Shown: one piece after another, positions 27,033 to 41,054 of the stretch | Layout: the number at the start of each line of letters is the position of its first letter | Position numbering within the stretch: position 1 is the stretch's first letter | DNA from: Oculina patagonica | Taxonomy: Eukaryota | Direction: 5' to 3' | DNA length: 64,000 nucleotides | NCBI RefSeq assembly: GCF_052425735.1 | Contig: NC_135763.1 | Location: 22,692,001-22,756,000 of the forward strand | The notes under the pieces: model-generated | Told to the model about the DNA's origin: nothing | Seen by the model: the letters and a program-made list of their open reading frames with translations, nothing else | The model's database searches: none | Made by a program: the position numbers and the translations under genes

Positions 27033-27668
27033 TCATGGAAGGCCATGAAGATCGTGACTCGTATAAAGTTCCTCAGTGATATCATAAACAGGTTTTATCA
27101 CCTCTGTAACCTCTTTTAACAACCGCTTGGCTTCGTCTTTATCCATATTTGGCGCTGATATTTTCTTGGTTAAATCCCCGACATTTGGTAAAGTGTACAT
27201 GGCCCATACGGCAGCCTTACGGATTAGCCAAGGATGAAAGTTTGCCAAAGACTGATTATAAGCATCTGAAGCCATGGACGACGAAGAATCATTGTCTGAT
27301 GACTCACTCAACTTTTTCATGAAAAGCATCGTAAACGCTAGAGCCCGGTGTAATCTTAGAAGCGTCCTTGATCCAGACAAGGGGGGTGTTTTCTTTTGTG
27401 TCAAATCATTGGCGATTTCAAACTCAAACATTGACTGCACTATAACATACTTATCTCCAGACTCTGATCTGCGGTGCTCTTGAAGGATTCCGATTTTCTC
27501 TCTGACGTCGGATGTGATGAATCCAAAAACCGTTCCAAGCATATCGAAAAATACACAAAGTTCGTCATAGCCTCGGATATATTCGTCCATCACTAGATTT
27601 CCGTCTTCTTGTAGAGTGTTTTTGAAGGCGTCGAGTACAATACGCAAGTGAAACTTCCTCTCAGTCAT
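27033..27668 (-). CDS. CPTP: Ceramide-1-phosphate transfer protein (GLTP family), intronless CDS
   Basis: 211 aa; FGFITSDVREKI, SGSRTLLRLHRALAF, YNQSLANFHPWLIRKAA and C-terminal LHGLP match the GLTPD1/CPTP pattern. Confidence 0.88.
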   Translation of the reverse strand: MTERKFHLRIVLDAFKNTLQEDGNLVMDEYIRGYDELCVFFDMLGTVFGFITSDVREKIGILQEHRRSESGDKYVIVQSMFEFEIANDLTQKKTPPLSGSRTLLRLHRALAFTMLFMKKLSESSDNDSSSSMASDAYNQSLANFHPWLIRKAAVWAMYTLPNVGDLTKKISAPNMDKDEAKRLLKEVTEVIKPVYDITEELYTSHDLHGLP

Positions 27669-27996
27669 AATGGCTCAAGATATTACAGTTTGGGCAAGAT
27701 ACACACGTCCTAACTCCTTTTCGCAAATAATTCATGAGCTATTTTACACCGGCCGGCTTGTTTGGAATTCATCCGCTATTTTCACTTTCGACTTTGCGCC
27801 CGCCCTTTCTAAAGCGGTTTTACGTCTGCAAAGTAATCCCCGCTCATACCTTCGGAAGGGTATGACGCTGACCACTAAATGGTCATTTCCAATATGGCGG
27901 CGATGGCGGCCTTTTCAGCTCCTTGATTTCCATTTGAACCTTGGAAAATTTAAATGATGTAATTTCATTCAGGGCTAGCGTCTATTTTGCGACAAT
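27669..27996. promoter_or_regulatory. Probable bidirectional promoter between CPTP and INTS11
   Basis: Only 328 bp separate the two divergent ATGs; YY1-like caatatggcggcgatggcggc at 27890-27910. Confidence 0.65.
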
Positions 27997-30900
27997 ATGC
28001 CAGAAATCAAGGTGGTTCCTTTAGGTATGTATTTTAGGTTTTTGGTTAGATTATTTTGTATGGATTAACTGCAGTACCCTGCCACTCGAATTAAATTCCA
28101 CGTAGCCGGCTACACGGTACGCAGAAACTAATTAATTAATGCACCTATCAATGGTTTGCCCCAAGATGGGGGGGCAACCCCAGGGGAATTTGATACTTTT
28201 TGGAAGCCCTGGGCACCTCTCTTAGTTCCTTGCCCCCTGGTGGGGGATAGGGCCTGGGCATCTAGTGAATGTCAAATTTCACATATCTCCTCTAAAATTT
28301 CTAACCCAACAGACCATTTAAGATGTCAAAATCCCTACCCTGGGAGAGCTTCACGATGTCAAATTCCTGTGGGTTGCCCCCCCCCCCCCCCCCATCCTGG
28401 GGCAAACCATTGATAGGTGCATAAAGTTCAAGTTATGTGCTGGCTATGTGGTACGCGGTACGTGGTGAGTCACCACGTGCCGGGTGAGTAAAACATGAAT
28501 TGACACATGAATATACCTTGTTCTTTAATCTATGAGCAGAAACTCATAAGGGTTGAAACATGTAATGAGCGTTCACAGCGTTTTAATATTCAGTTTTGCC
28601 AAGTACCATATTTGGTAACACGAAGAATTTGTGCGCGAATGCTTTATGCACGTAATGACACACGAAACAACATTTTCGGTTTTGCAGTGAGTTACTTGAA
28701 TTTGACCTAAACGCCGTAAATTTCTTACAGAAACTAAAGAAATTCATAAAGTGTATCTGTTGTGGTTCAATTTTATATTTGGTTTAAAATTTTTCAAACC
28801 AGCTTGATTTTTATTTTTCATTGTCTTATGTTCATTATCATAATCTGAAACAAAGGGAAATAAAAATCAAACTGGTTTCAAAAATTTTAAATCATAGATA
28901 AAATTAAACCACAACATATCCATGTGATGTTTTCCTCTCAGTGTACTTAATGACGGTTATAAAACAGGAGAATTTAACCAAATTCAACTTTATTCAACCA
29001 AGCTTGTTCAAAAACAAGATTACGCCATTGAGCGTGAGCTAGTGCACGCTGTGAATTTAATCCAAATATTGAAATTTTGATTAGCTAAGTTTTTCTCCTG
29101 ATTTTCCAATTATGGTACTTAATAGAAATGAATGTGCAAACGCTTTGTACAATGCGAATCATAGGGAGTTACACATTTCAACCCTTATGGGTTTCTGCCA
29201 TGAGTCAAAACAAGTGCGCTTCACATGAATATACCTCGTTCTTTAATCCATGAGGGGGAAACAAGAGCTTTAAGCTATGACAAACATCAAGACCACTGCG
29301 TACCGCATAGCCAGTGACAAAGACAACTTAAGTCTTGTACTCTTGCATTCATTACTCACTACGTACCGCATGCCACATAGCCAGCAAAAAAGATAACTTG
29401 CAGTCTTGCATTTATTACTCACTGCGTACCGCGTACCGCATAGCCAGCGAAAAAGATAACTTCCAGTGTTGTATTTATTACTCACTGCGTACCGCGTAGC
29501 CACCTATTTTCAGTAAAGGGCTCAATGTAGCAGGGTATTCTGCAGTTATTTTGTATAAAAAATTTGAAAAATCCGGTGATGCATTATAAGCTTTGAATTT
29601 TGGGTTGTTCGCATTCCCATCCGTAAGAACAATAGATAATTCCACGGCTCCATCCCAGGTGTTTTATTTGGGTTAATAGCCCAAGTCTAGCTAAGTGTCT
29701 GACAAGTACCTCTGGCACAGTACAACTATAGCTACATATGTAGTATATGAGTTATATGTTGGACAAAATCTTATGTGCATGACGTGCACAGAGGCATTTG
29801 GAAGTATATATGGCATTTAATATACTTATAGGGGGGCTTAATTTGAGTTATCATTGTGTTGTTCCAGAAAATATCCATACCAATCCCACGAAGGGTTTTT
29901 TGGTTTGAATTCCCTACCTTCCATTGGAAGAGTATGGATATTTTCTCGGAACCACACATTTTGTCTTCATGTTTTGATGCCTAAAGGCACAGATACATAG
30001 CTTCAGTGATTTGACTCACATCACTAGTGACATGTGTAAAAGGATACGCATATCATACAGGAATGTACCTATCAAAGGCTGCAACATTGATGCTACGTGT
30101 AGGCTGCATGTTAAATGCCAAGCATGGTCACTTGATAGAAATCAAATCAGATATTGATACAATACATTTTAATACATATCAATTGCCAATTGTTTTAATG
30201 GTTATGGCAACTGATGGCGATCAACTTAGTGAAAAAATAAAATCCAGGGAAAATTCATTAGGAATGTTGTATAAGTAGAGATTATGGATCAATAATTTAT
30301 GAAAAGAAAGTCTCACATATGTGTGATGTACTCTGCCACAAAAGGTAACCAAAAACTGCACTTTGCCCCCTGACATTGTCTAAAAGTGATCTTCTGCTCA
30401 CTTCTGATATTGATCATGGATTTCAACCAGTAAGGAAGAGTTGACACCCACAACATTTAATCACAAATACCAAATCCCATCTCTCCAGGTGTGGCAAATA
30501 TAAAATCTTCCAGTAACTGAATGTCTGCATAGAGTGAGAGAAAGGGGGGCATTCCTTCAAATTCAATATTTGAATGGTATATAAATAACATGAACATTTA
30601 AGTCCTTGTTATTGTTAATTGATTTTTAAGTAAAATAAATAAATATACCGGTAACTTTTTGTAAAAATGCAGTTCAAGGTATTCTCATTTTCTATACTCT
30701 TTTCTAATTTGCTTTTCTTTATTTATTTCTTAAATATTCACAATTTGGGACAATTTTTTCAGGAGCTGGACAGGGTATGTATTGTGTGATACATGTTTAG
30801 TTTATGAGTTATTGCTTGACCTTTCAAGGAGCAAAATCTTCTAGACATTTCTTTAAGGCAAATGTACATGAATTTTATAAGCCAAATGGTCAGTATGCTG

Positions 30901-33900
30901 GACTCTGGATCAAGTGATCTAGGTTCAAGCCCTGGCAGAGGCACTGTGTTGTGTTCTTGGGCAAGACACTTCTCTCACAGTGCCTTTCTCCAGCCAGGTG
31001 TATAAATGGGTATCAGCAAATTTAATCCTGGGGGTAACCCTGCAATGGACTAGTATCCCCTTCAGGGAGGAGTAGAAATACTCCTAGTTGCTTTAAGTTG
31101 CAGAAACCTGAATAAGCTCTGGCCTGATAGGTCACTAGTCTTGAATGCAGACTTTATCTTTTTTTAATTCTACTAACAATGTTTAAGGTCCCTTTCTAAG
31201 TTTTTTTACCTAATTTGTGTACAGTTATCTTTAGTTAGCAATTATTACTTCATATGTTAAAAAAATATGTCATTCCTGCCTTATACAATAAAATTGGTTC
31301 TTATTTTTAATCTCAAAGATGTTGGCCGCAGCTGCATTCTTGTGACTATTGGTGGAAAGAATATCATGCTGGACTGTGGAATGCATATGGGATATAATGA
31401 CGAGGTATTTTCTGATTCATCTCATGGCATCATGTCATTGGTTCAAATCTTCACCTTTTAATTCCCTCAACTCAAAAGTGATTCAATTGTTTCCTATCAT
31501 TTGAAATAGTTGCAGGCATGAAGCAAAATTAATATCAGAATTATAAACTATGTTTAGAGGGTAATTTCTGAGATACATGTAATCACAGTCTAGGAAGTTA
31601 CAGTAAGGTAAAAGTCAAAAGTTAGGCAGAAGTTATAACTGGGACTCACTTGCACTGTCCCATGTACACTGAGAAGTAGCTGGACAACATTGTAAAGACT
31701 GTTCAGGAGATAAGAGTAAAAGAGTAGGAAAAGTAGAAGAGTGGGGAAAATATTGTAAGATTATTGTGATTGTACATGTTCAGGGGTGGAATTCAAGTTT
31801 GCCCATCGGACAAGCACCTCTCAAATTGTGCTTACCTGTGGTACATGTAGTTGCATGCTGGTCTAAGTTTACTTTTTATGATTTAGTTAAACAAATGGTC
31901 TGCCTGGGCTGTCCTTGTCCATCAGGCGAGTGAACATGAAAAGTTACTCACCAGTTAGGAAAATCCAAGACAACTGGACGGCCCTTTATTCAAGCCCTGG
32001 TCTAATCAAAGTTTTTTTTTACAGAGACGCTTCCCTGATTTCTCGTACATCACCAGAGCAGGGCGCTTGACACAGCATCTGGATTGTGTGATAATCAGGT
32101 TATTTGAGCCTCTATCTCAATAATTTACAACTTGATCAGAGTGTTTAATATATCATACATTCAACAACAATACATGCCCCTGGTAGTTTTCTCTTATTAA
32201 GCTCAAACTTTGATGTCTCTATCTATTTTTGATTGTAAATTAGATAGTGTTAGTACGTTTAAATATTTAGGGATTAAGCTGGCCTCAGACTTCACATGGT
32301 CTGATCATGTAGAGTATGTAATTTCTAAAGTAAATCAGCGACTTGGTCTTTTACGTAGGATCAAACATTTGTTACCTTTTACCGCTCGCCTACTTTTCTA
32401 CAACAGCCTTGTTTTACCAATTTTTGATTATGCTGATCTTGTGTGGGGCGACAAGAACAATATGGAGCTTATGAATGACCTACAGGTTTTACAAAACAAA
32501 GCCGCGAAAATCATCCTGGACAGACCACTTTATTCGTCAGCTTCTGATGCCCTCGTAGCTTTAAAGTGGCTTAACCTAGAACAACGTAGATTTTATCATC
32601 GCTGTATATATGTTTATAAGTGTATAAATGGACTTATGGATCACTCTATGGAGTTACTAGCTAACAGGGACATTCATAGCTATAACACAAGGAATAAATA
32701 CATGCTTAGGCTACCTCATGTAACCAAAAATTGGGGAAAGCAGAGAGTGTGTTATCACTCTCTGAAAGACTGGAATAACCTAGACAGAGACACCAGAAAT
32801 GCACTTGATTTTGTAAATTTTAAGCGTAGCGTTCTAAGTAGGTTTTTTAGTTAATTCTTTCTTTTGTATTCAAGTTAGTTTTTAATAATAGTTTTTAATT
32901 CTTAGGTATTTTTCGTTTTATTGTATATAGTCTTATTAAGTATTTTTAATCTTAGTTAGGACCTTTCTGAAAACCACTGTATAGTGAATGAAGGCTTCCT
33001 AATAAAAGATTATTATTATTAATTAAATTAATTATTAATTATTATTATTATTATCAGTTTCAAGAAACTAACTGTGCCATGTCAGCATACTTAGCTCTGT
33101 ATTAACTTGAAGTTGATAAAGGTGAAATTAACCAGGAAATTAATTTTGGAAAGCTGACCTGTCAAGCATTTACTCTTTGGAACATCTTTTTCTAAATGTA
33201 CCACAAAGGGCTAATGGTGGTTAATTTAATTATTTTTATCAACTTGAAGTCAGTAATTTGCTACTAAGTGGTTCAAATTTGTTTAGGTTTAGTATCTTTA
33301 TTTTCAATTAATTCCCTGCTGAGAAGCATATTATTTTAAGATTTCAGCATTGAAGTTTTTGACAAGACATGCAAATAATAGATCATTCATTGCCTTTGAA
33401 AGTATGAAAATTTTTATTAATGTTCTCAAGTGTGCTTCATTCTTTAGCCACTTTCACTTGGATCACTGCGGTGCTTTACCATATTTCTCAGAGATGGTTG
33501 GGTATGATGGACCTATTTACATGACCCACCCAACTAAGGCTATATGTCCCATCCTATTGGTAAGAATCAAGTTTTTGCTCACATGTAATTATATGTTGTG
33601 TTATTTACTTATTAATTTTATATCTGGCCATTTAATAGATATGTTGACCAATAAGATTATAGGGTAAAATTATAACAAATGTTGCATTTAAATTTAAGTC
33701 CATAATTATTTTAAAGGGAAGACCATATTACTGCAATGTAATTGGTTGCAAACTTACAGCCTGTCTTTGTGTTTTATTTGAACAGGAGGATTACAGGAAA
33801 ATCACAGTTGAAAGAAAAGGGGAGACCAATTTCTTTACTTCACAGGTTAGTGTAGTCTCTCAGTGACTGTCTCTCACAAATAATTATGTGGTACTCAGAA

Positions 33901-36900
33901 ACAACTTTGGACCATTTTGGGGTTTTTTGAATGTTGACAATAATTATTTGTTTTGGACTTCTTGTAGTTGAATCAGGGTTCTCTTTTTTTGCTCTTCCTG
34001 TTTTTCCAGGAATGAGTGAGTGAATGAATGTGGTTGCATTTGTCAACTGCAACCACAGTGATAAATGTGTTGTTGGCATAATATATATGGTTACGGAGCC
34101 CACAGGATAAAAAAGTTTATAAATTTGTGTTTTTTAGTTTTCTGACAGCACATGGATTTCCAGCTACATATGTTACATTACTAGTGATACCTATCGGTAG
34201 AAATGCCAACGAGTACAACGCTTTATGATTTTGGTCGATCAATAAACATTGCGCGTTTTCTTTGAAAATCTTGAAAAGTTCTAAAATAATACCAAAGTAG
34301 TGAAGATTTAGTGAGAAATCTTGTAAACTTCATGCTATTTGAGAGTTTCAAGCCATTGTTGTCCGATGCCGCTATTTTGGAAAGGTTTCCACTGTTTTAA
34401 AGTCCTATAGGTCTTAATCAAAGTGGCTATAAGCCACTGAACATGGAAAATAAATTACAAAACAAAAAGCAAACTTTTACAAAGATTTGCCAAAACAAAG
34501 CATTTCAAACTTTCCACACTGCAGTTAAATCCATTCAGCACATAAGTATTCAAAAAATTTGAGGTTTTAAAAGGTAAAAGCCTGGTCGGACAAGTTTGTG
34601 GCCAAAGATGGAACAAGTTTACTTTATTATTCCAAGAATAATTCATCACGCGCATTGTGTGATGTCTCAAATGTCACGTTGAATTGTTGTTGTTGAGACA
34701 CTGCAAATTGCGTTCGGGCAACCAGCTTTTAGGAAAATTAAAGGCCCTGTTTCCCGAGAAAAAGCGCCGGTCAATCCAGGAAAAAATACAGTATAGGGTA
34801 TTTATTTTATAAATTCGAGAAACGAAATAAAACTCCCTTCTGATCGATAAAATCCGTGTTGTTTACTTAGCCAGACCTAATTACGCATGCAAATTTGTAT
34901 GACTTCGAAATTTTCGAAGCCTTGGAAATCTTGAAGCTTTGGAATGCATTTCTTGCCTTCATCTTAAATGAAATTGAATTGTAAACAAAGTTTAATTCAA
35001 GTTTCTTTCGTATTTTAATCTCTAGTTCGGGATTTGGCTTTTTGAAGGGAACAGATTGAAACCTCTTTGTTATCTGAGACACATCTTGTCTGGGAATTTT
35101 AGTTGCCAATGAATCATGCACGTGCTGAACAAATTAGTAGCGCGCTGATTGGCCAAACTACAACAAAGTGTGCACGTGCTGAACAGATTCTGCTGAACGG
35201 ATTGGCTAAAAACATCAGAAATTGTGTCGTCACGATCTACCTTACATTACATTACATTACTTACATTACTCGACATTTGGAGTGTTTCTGAGATTTTTTT
35301 CGCATATACAAATCTTCTCGCGGCTCTATATTCTGCCGCCTCGTCAGGCCTTCTGGTCTTCCAGAAGGCCTGACTCGTTGGCAATAAATTTGGTTAATTT
35401 TATAATCATACACAAAAAATACTAAAAAAATATATAAGAGTAAAAAATCCTGCAATCGCACAATTGTACTTAAAATAATAGTTTGGTACTTGAAAAAAAA
35501 AATGTCGAAGTGAAGAAGATGAAAAATAAATTATAATTCAGAATGTGTTCTGATACATCACCAACATTTATCGTTTATCGGTATAGATCTTGTACCTTAT
35601 TTTCCAGATGATCAAAGATTGTATGAAAAAGGTCATCACTGTTAACCTACACCAGACAGTAAAGGTAAACAACAACAGATGATTTATTTTTGTTTGGAGA
35701 GTGTTGTGGGAGGTGTGGTGGCCTACTGGTCCCTCTTGTCAGTACACTGGACTCAGGAAGAAGCAGTCTGGGTTCAATTCCTGGCTGAGGTCGTCATGTT
35801 ATGTTTTTACAATCTGTGCTTGTTTTGTCCTGAATTATTGTCATGCTTGTTATCTGAAATTGGTTTTTGTTGTGATGAACAGGTTGATGATGAGTTAGAA
35901 ATCAAGGCATATTATGCTGGTCATGTGCTGGGAGCAGCCATGTTTCACATGAGAGTTGGAACAGAGTCACTGGTGTATACTGTGAGTATTAACACTTTAC
36001 CTGGCTAAAACCTGAGCTCTGACACTTGCTCAGTTCAATGCCACCCTTGCCTAGCTTGCCAGTGAATTGAAGTCAATTCCTTACTACAGATAGCTGCTAC
36101 TCTGGGTATCTTGTTGACATTGCCTAATTTTTTCAAAGACAATAAAAGATCAGGCACCCAAAGTTGAAGAAGAAAGTGTTCACTGGATTCAAAGAAAATC
36201 TAACTACCAGTAATCTTACTGTAAAAGGCAGCAAAAAGGTGGCTAGTGGGAATTTTTCAATGGACAATCCTTCATATAGAGTGACAAATTCTCCTGGTAA
36301 TTCTTTTGACTCTTGTTTATGCTGGGTAGAGCAGTTTTCAATTGAGTGTCGTAAAACCAAAACCAAAGTAATTACTCTGGCCAATCACAAAGGACACAGA
36401 TAATCCAGTGAACCAATCAAAACTCAAAGCAAATACATGTAGTTGGCACGAAGCGCGGGGAAACGTGCTCGAGAAAGTCACGATTGGTTTTGGTTTCACT
36501 CCTGATTGGCCGAGAAAGTGGCGCGAAATTTTTAAACCAATCACTAAGCGTAGTGAACGCAAAACCAAAGCAAACGCAAATTACTTTCGACACTCAAGTG
36601 AAAACCGCTCTAACATTCACTATTGTTTACCTTCCCTCAGGGTGACTACAACATGACACCTGACAGACATCTGGGGTAAGAAGCATAGTGTGTTATATTC
36701 TTAATTTAAGGGGTTTCATTAGAACTGGATGCTGGCTCTTACATGGTACAAACACTTCAATTAAATATTAAGTAAATTGTTTGTCAGCATAATTGTTATT
36801 TTAACTCATTATGGCCACTGTTTTTTGGGACCCCAAACAACTGATTTTAGTGGCTCACTGGTAGCCCAATTTAACATGTTTACAAGTATTTAAACTGTCT

Positions 36901-39900
36901 GTTTATTTGCCTATTATTACCAGTACGTCTTGCCCCCTGCTTAAAAAGTTGGCTAAACCTTTCTCCCATGTGTTTTGATGTCATAGCATGGTGAACACAG
37001 TGTGTTAGATTTAGATGATCTCTCACTCTGGACATTGCTAATCTCAGCTATCAGATGCTCATGTAATAACATGAGTATTGTTTGTTTGTACCTTATTGGT
37101 CTTTTTTTATTTATTTGTAGGGCAGCTTGGATTGACAAATGTAGGCCAGATGTACTCATAACTGAATCAACTTATGCCACAACTATCAGGGACTCAAAGA
37201 GGTTGTTTACATTTTAAAGTACACAAATGTACAGACAGTATAATGATTTGTAGTGTTACATTTTGAAAATCAAGTAAGGTACAAATAGTCCTACAGCTTC
37301 AAAATATGTTTTTAATTTAGGTAACTTTAAAGACAAACTAATAAAAGTTTATGATCATATAACACATGCTTGGATTTTGTTGAGTATAATAGTTAAATTG
37401 CATAGGGCTATATTTAAATTATATCTTTGGTTTACAGTGTGAGGCGCCTTACTGTGGCCACCCAACAATCTTTTTTACAAGTATGCTCTTGTAATATTAT
37501 TATTTGTTTGACGAACATGCCTCTCACCCTCTGCAAAGTTTAATACAATCAAATAAATACTTGTTACATATGCATTTATTGACAAAACGCAGTCAAAAAA
37601 GTAAAAATAAATATAACAAGACTACACTTGTAAAAAAGTTTGTTGGGTGGCCATGGTAAGACGTGTCGCACTGTAAAAGTTTTCAAACCAGTTTGATTTT
37701 TATTTCCTTTTGTTTCAGATATTTGTGATAATGAATAAGCAAAAATGGAAAATAAAATAAAAATTTGAACCAAAGATGAATTTAAACCACATTGTTTCAA
37801 TCAATGTTGCATGAAATGCTTTATATCACTCAGATGCAGAGAGAGGGATTTTTTGAAGAAGGTTCATGAATCTATGGACAAGGGTGGAAAGGTAAGACTC
37901 TAAAATAATACTGAAAAAATATCAAGGTGATTTATTTCATGGATACGTACCTTACAACGTATGTAAGCACAGTACTTGGTTCTCTGATTTCATTTTGTAT
38001 TTTGAATTTTGCAGGTGTTAATTCCAGTGTTTGCTTTGGGACGAGCTCAGGAACTTTGCATTTTATTGGAAACATATTGGTAGGATAATTCAAGGATTCA
38101 CAAAACATTAACTATTTACCTTTAGTTAGTGGCTATTGCTATGGTCGTGACAGCTTTTACTAGTAAAGTCACACCAGTTAGCCCTTTAGAAGACTGTTTT
38201 TCCACTTTTAAGACATTTAAAGTCAATAATTTACTTAACTAAGCTATGGAAAACTGCAATAAATACCAGGAGACTACAGTTGAATGCACAGTCATGTATA
38301 GGTGGGGTACTGCTGGGCTTTCTAACCTTCTGATTGGCAGTACTGTTTATACATGTAGCTTGGGATAATATTTGTGATGGCTTTCCTAGCCTGACAAATG
38401 AAGGATGAAAGCTGACCTCATACATGCTCTTGTATTTCAGGGACAGAATGAATTTAAAAGCACCAATATATTTCTCAACAGGGCTTACTGAAAAGGTACA
38501 AAACTGTATTTTTAAATAGGTTTTATTTGACCCACGATCAAACTTCTAGTATATGAAAGGGGTTTAAATAACAGTTTTTGGTCTTACTTATTTATTTATC
38601 ACTAGTTTACATGTTTGAATAAAATTATATCATATAATCAAGTAGCTAATAGCAACATTGTCAACAGTACGTGTAACAATAAAATAATATTAATCAACAC
38701 ACTATCAATGCTCTCCTTAGGCAAACCATTACTACAAGTTATTTGTGACATGGACCAACCAGAAAATAAAGAACACCTTTGTCCAAAGAAACATGTTTGA
38801 TTTTAAACACATCAAGGTAAAACTAAGTGGAATCCATGAATGCTTGTTGGAATACCCAAGTTCCCATTGGAAAGCCTGATTTATAGCTTTTTATGCCGAG
38901 TGAATATATTAGGCTTCCATACCACTACTGCTATTACAACTCACCTGTTGTATAACATCAAATCAATGTAGTTTATTTCTTGTATTCATGTGTTTTTAGT
39001 GGTAAATTCTTTTAAGGGAAATTTATCTCTTTTTCTTATAATAAATTTTAAAAGAGCTTGGTGATGGCATTTAATGTTTTCTTAAATTCACTTTAAATAA
39101 TAATATTTAGCTTTGTAGGGGAGTATGTATGCTTTAGTAAGTACCGAATATGATTTACCAGCAGTTTAATTTTGACAAAGTTTACACTTTCTTTTTCAGC
39201 CTTTTGACAGATCATATATTGACAATCCAGGACCAATGGTAAGAGTCATTTAAATCACAATCCTCAGTGAATTAAACTTAGGGCTATATCTCTTACAAGG
39301 AACATGTGTCATAGAACTGTCAAACATAAATTTTATATAAAAAAGCAACTAGTATATTTCATGCATCCTGCTAAAAGGTATAAACAGCCTGAGGATGTAA
39401 AATGTGCAAAAAGATCTGAAAATTGTTTTACATGTACATGGCATCACAACAATGTAATCAAACCTACAAGTCTGGTATACCAGGGTTGGGGTTTTCTGTT
39501 TCTGCATTCAGTTCAGTGTAGGGTGATTTTTACTGCCTGTGTTCAAACAACTTCATTGTTGATGAATTTGATCTTCTACTTGATGACTAGAGCGATTTTA
39601 GACTGATGTTGTAACTTTTAAAATTTCTTCTACAGATCACTAAGCATATGTTGTGGTTTAAATTTATCTTTGGATTAAAGTGTTCAAACCGGTTTGATTT
39701 TTATTTGCTATAATTTCAGATTATGATAATGAAATGAGACAATGAAAAATAAAAATTAAACAGGTTTGAAAAATTTTAAACCAAAGATTAATTTTTACCG
39801 TTACATATACACACACTAATCAATTTGTTTGGTGTATAAACAGTTGTTTGACTGTGTGCTCCTTTTTCTTGCAGGTTGTGTTTGCAACACCTGGTATGCT

Positions 39901-41009
39901 GCATGCTGGATTGTCACTGCAGATCTTCAAGAAATGGGCCTCAGACGAGAAAAACATGGTAAGATTCCTTGCATCTCTGTTGCTGTGAAGTCTCATTTTG
40001 TTCATCCTATCCCAAAATTGTACCTACACTATGTGATTATGATCATTGATATTTTAAAGTTATTACCTAAGTCCCACTAATATGAACATGTGTAAGCCTG
40101 GTTATGAGTTCCTGGTTTAATAAAGGCCTATCAGTCTAATAACATAACACGACAGTTTATCCTCTCATTCAGTGGATTTACTGGTATGTTTATATACAAT
40201 CCATGAGATCTTTCCTCTTAGAATATTGTATGGTGCATTATAGGTTGTAATTCCTGGTTATTGTGTTGCTGGAACTGTGGGCCATAAGGTGCTGTCTGGA
40301 CAGAAGAAAATTGAACTGGACAAGAAAAGTGTTGTAAGTGTTCCAAAACCTGTTATGTAACATGATTGCATGAGGTAATTAAACTTTTCTTCAAGGGGCA
40401 GACAGTTGTTCTACTAGTATGGCTTGGTATTAACTTTGTTATTTTTTTCATTGGTAAATGTATAATTTCAGGTTATTTTGTAGTATTTCAAAACATTAGG
40501 ACATTATGGCCTAAAAGGTCGTAAATACGGTACGTTTGATTGATACCGTAATATAGATTGCTGTACATGTAAGTTGCCTTGAAAAGTCCTGCTCTTGTCA
40601 ACTTACCATAAGATACAATTGTACCAGAAACATTGACATCGATACAATGGTAACTCATTTTCAACTGCATATCATTTCTTTTCTCAGATTGATGTCAAGC
40701 TATCAGTTCAGTACATGTCATTCAGTGCGCATGCTGATGCAAAAGGAATCATGCAACTCATTCGCCAGGTCAGAATAACAACTAGAAACATTGGAATTGT
40801 GCCTAAGCAGGATGTTGAGTGTGCGCTAAAAATCACGACCAAGTCTTTTGAAGTGAGAAGTCATTATTTAATGTTTAAATATGTGGCTAGCTTGGATTGA
40901 TAAAATCAACATTTTTAGCTTGTTTGTTTTAATGTTTTACATTATCGTATTTGAAGGTGGTAAAAAAAGAGGGGTGGGGGGAATTTATTTAAATGGGCCA
41001 CTGTTCATT

Positions 41010-41054
<45 letters not shown>

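Larger units (their letters stand above)
28103..29505. mobile_element. Non-autonomous TIR element with subterminal repeats, hosting nested MITEs
   Basis: Left ggctacacggtacgcag versus right ctgcgtaccgcgtagcc; roughly 60-bp tandem subterminal repeats (actgcgtaccgc..tagcca) at 29295-29503. Confidence 0.55.

Noticed and set aside
29295-29503. Regularly spaced repeats resembling a CRISPR array
   Set aside because: The intervening sequences are similar to each other, there are no cas genes, and the context is a eukaryotic intron; these are subterminal repeats of a TIR element.
30880-30960. Possible tRNA gene
   Set aside because: The tRNA-like head is degenerate and continues into a SINE body with other partial copies in the window.
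34185-35583. Possible 1.4-kb transposon in INTS11 intron 6
   Set aside because: The composition looks foreign, but no convincing TIR or TSD could be defined by eye.
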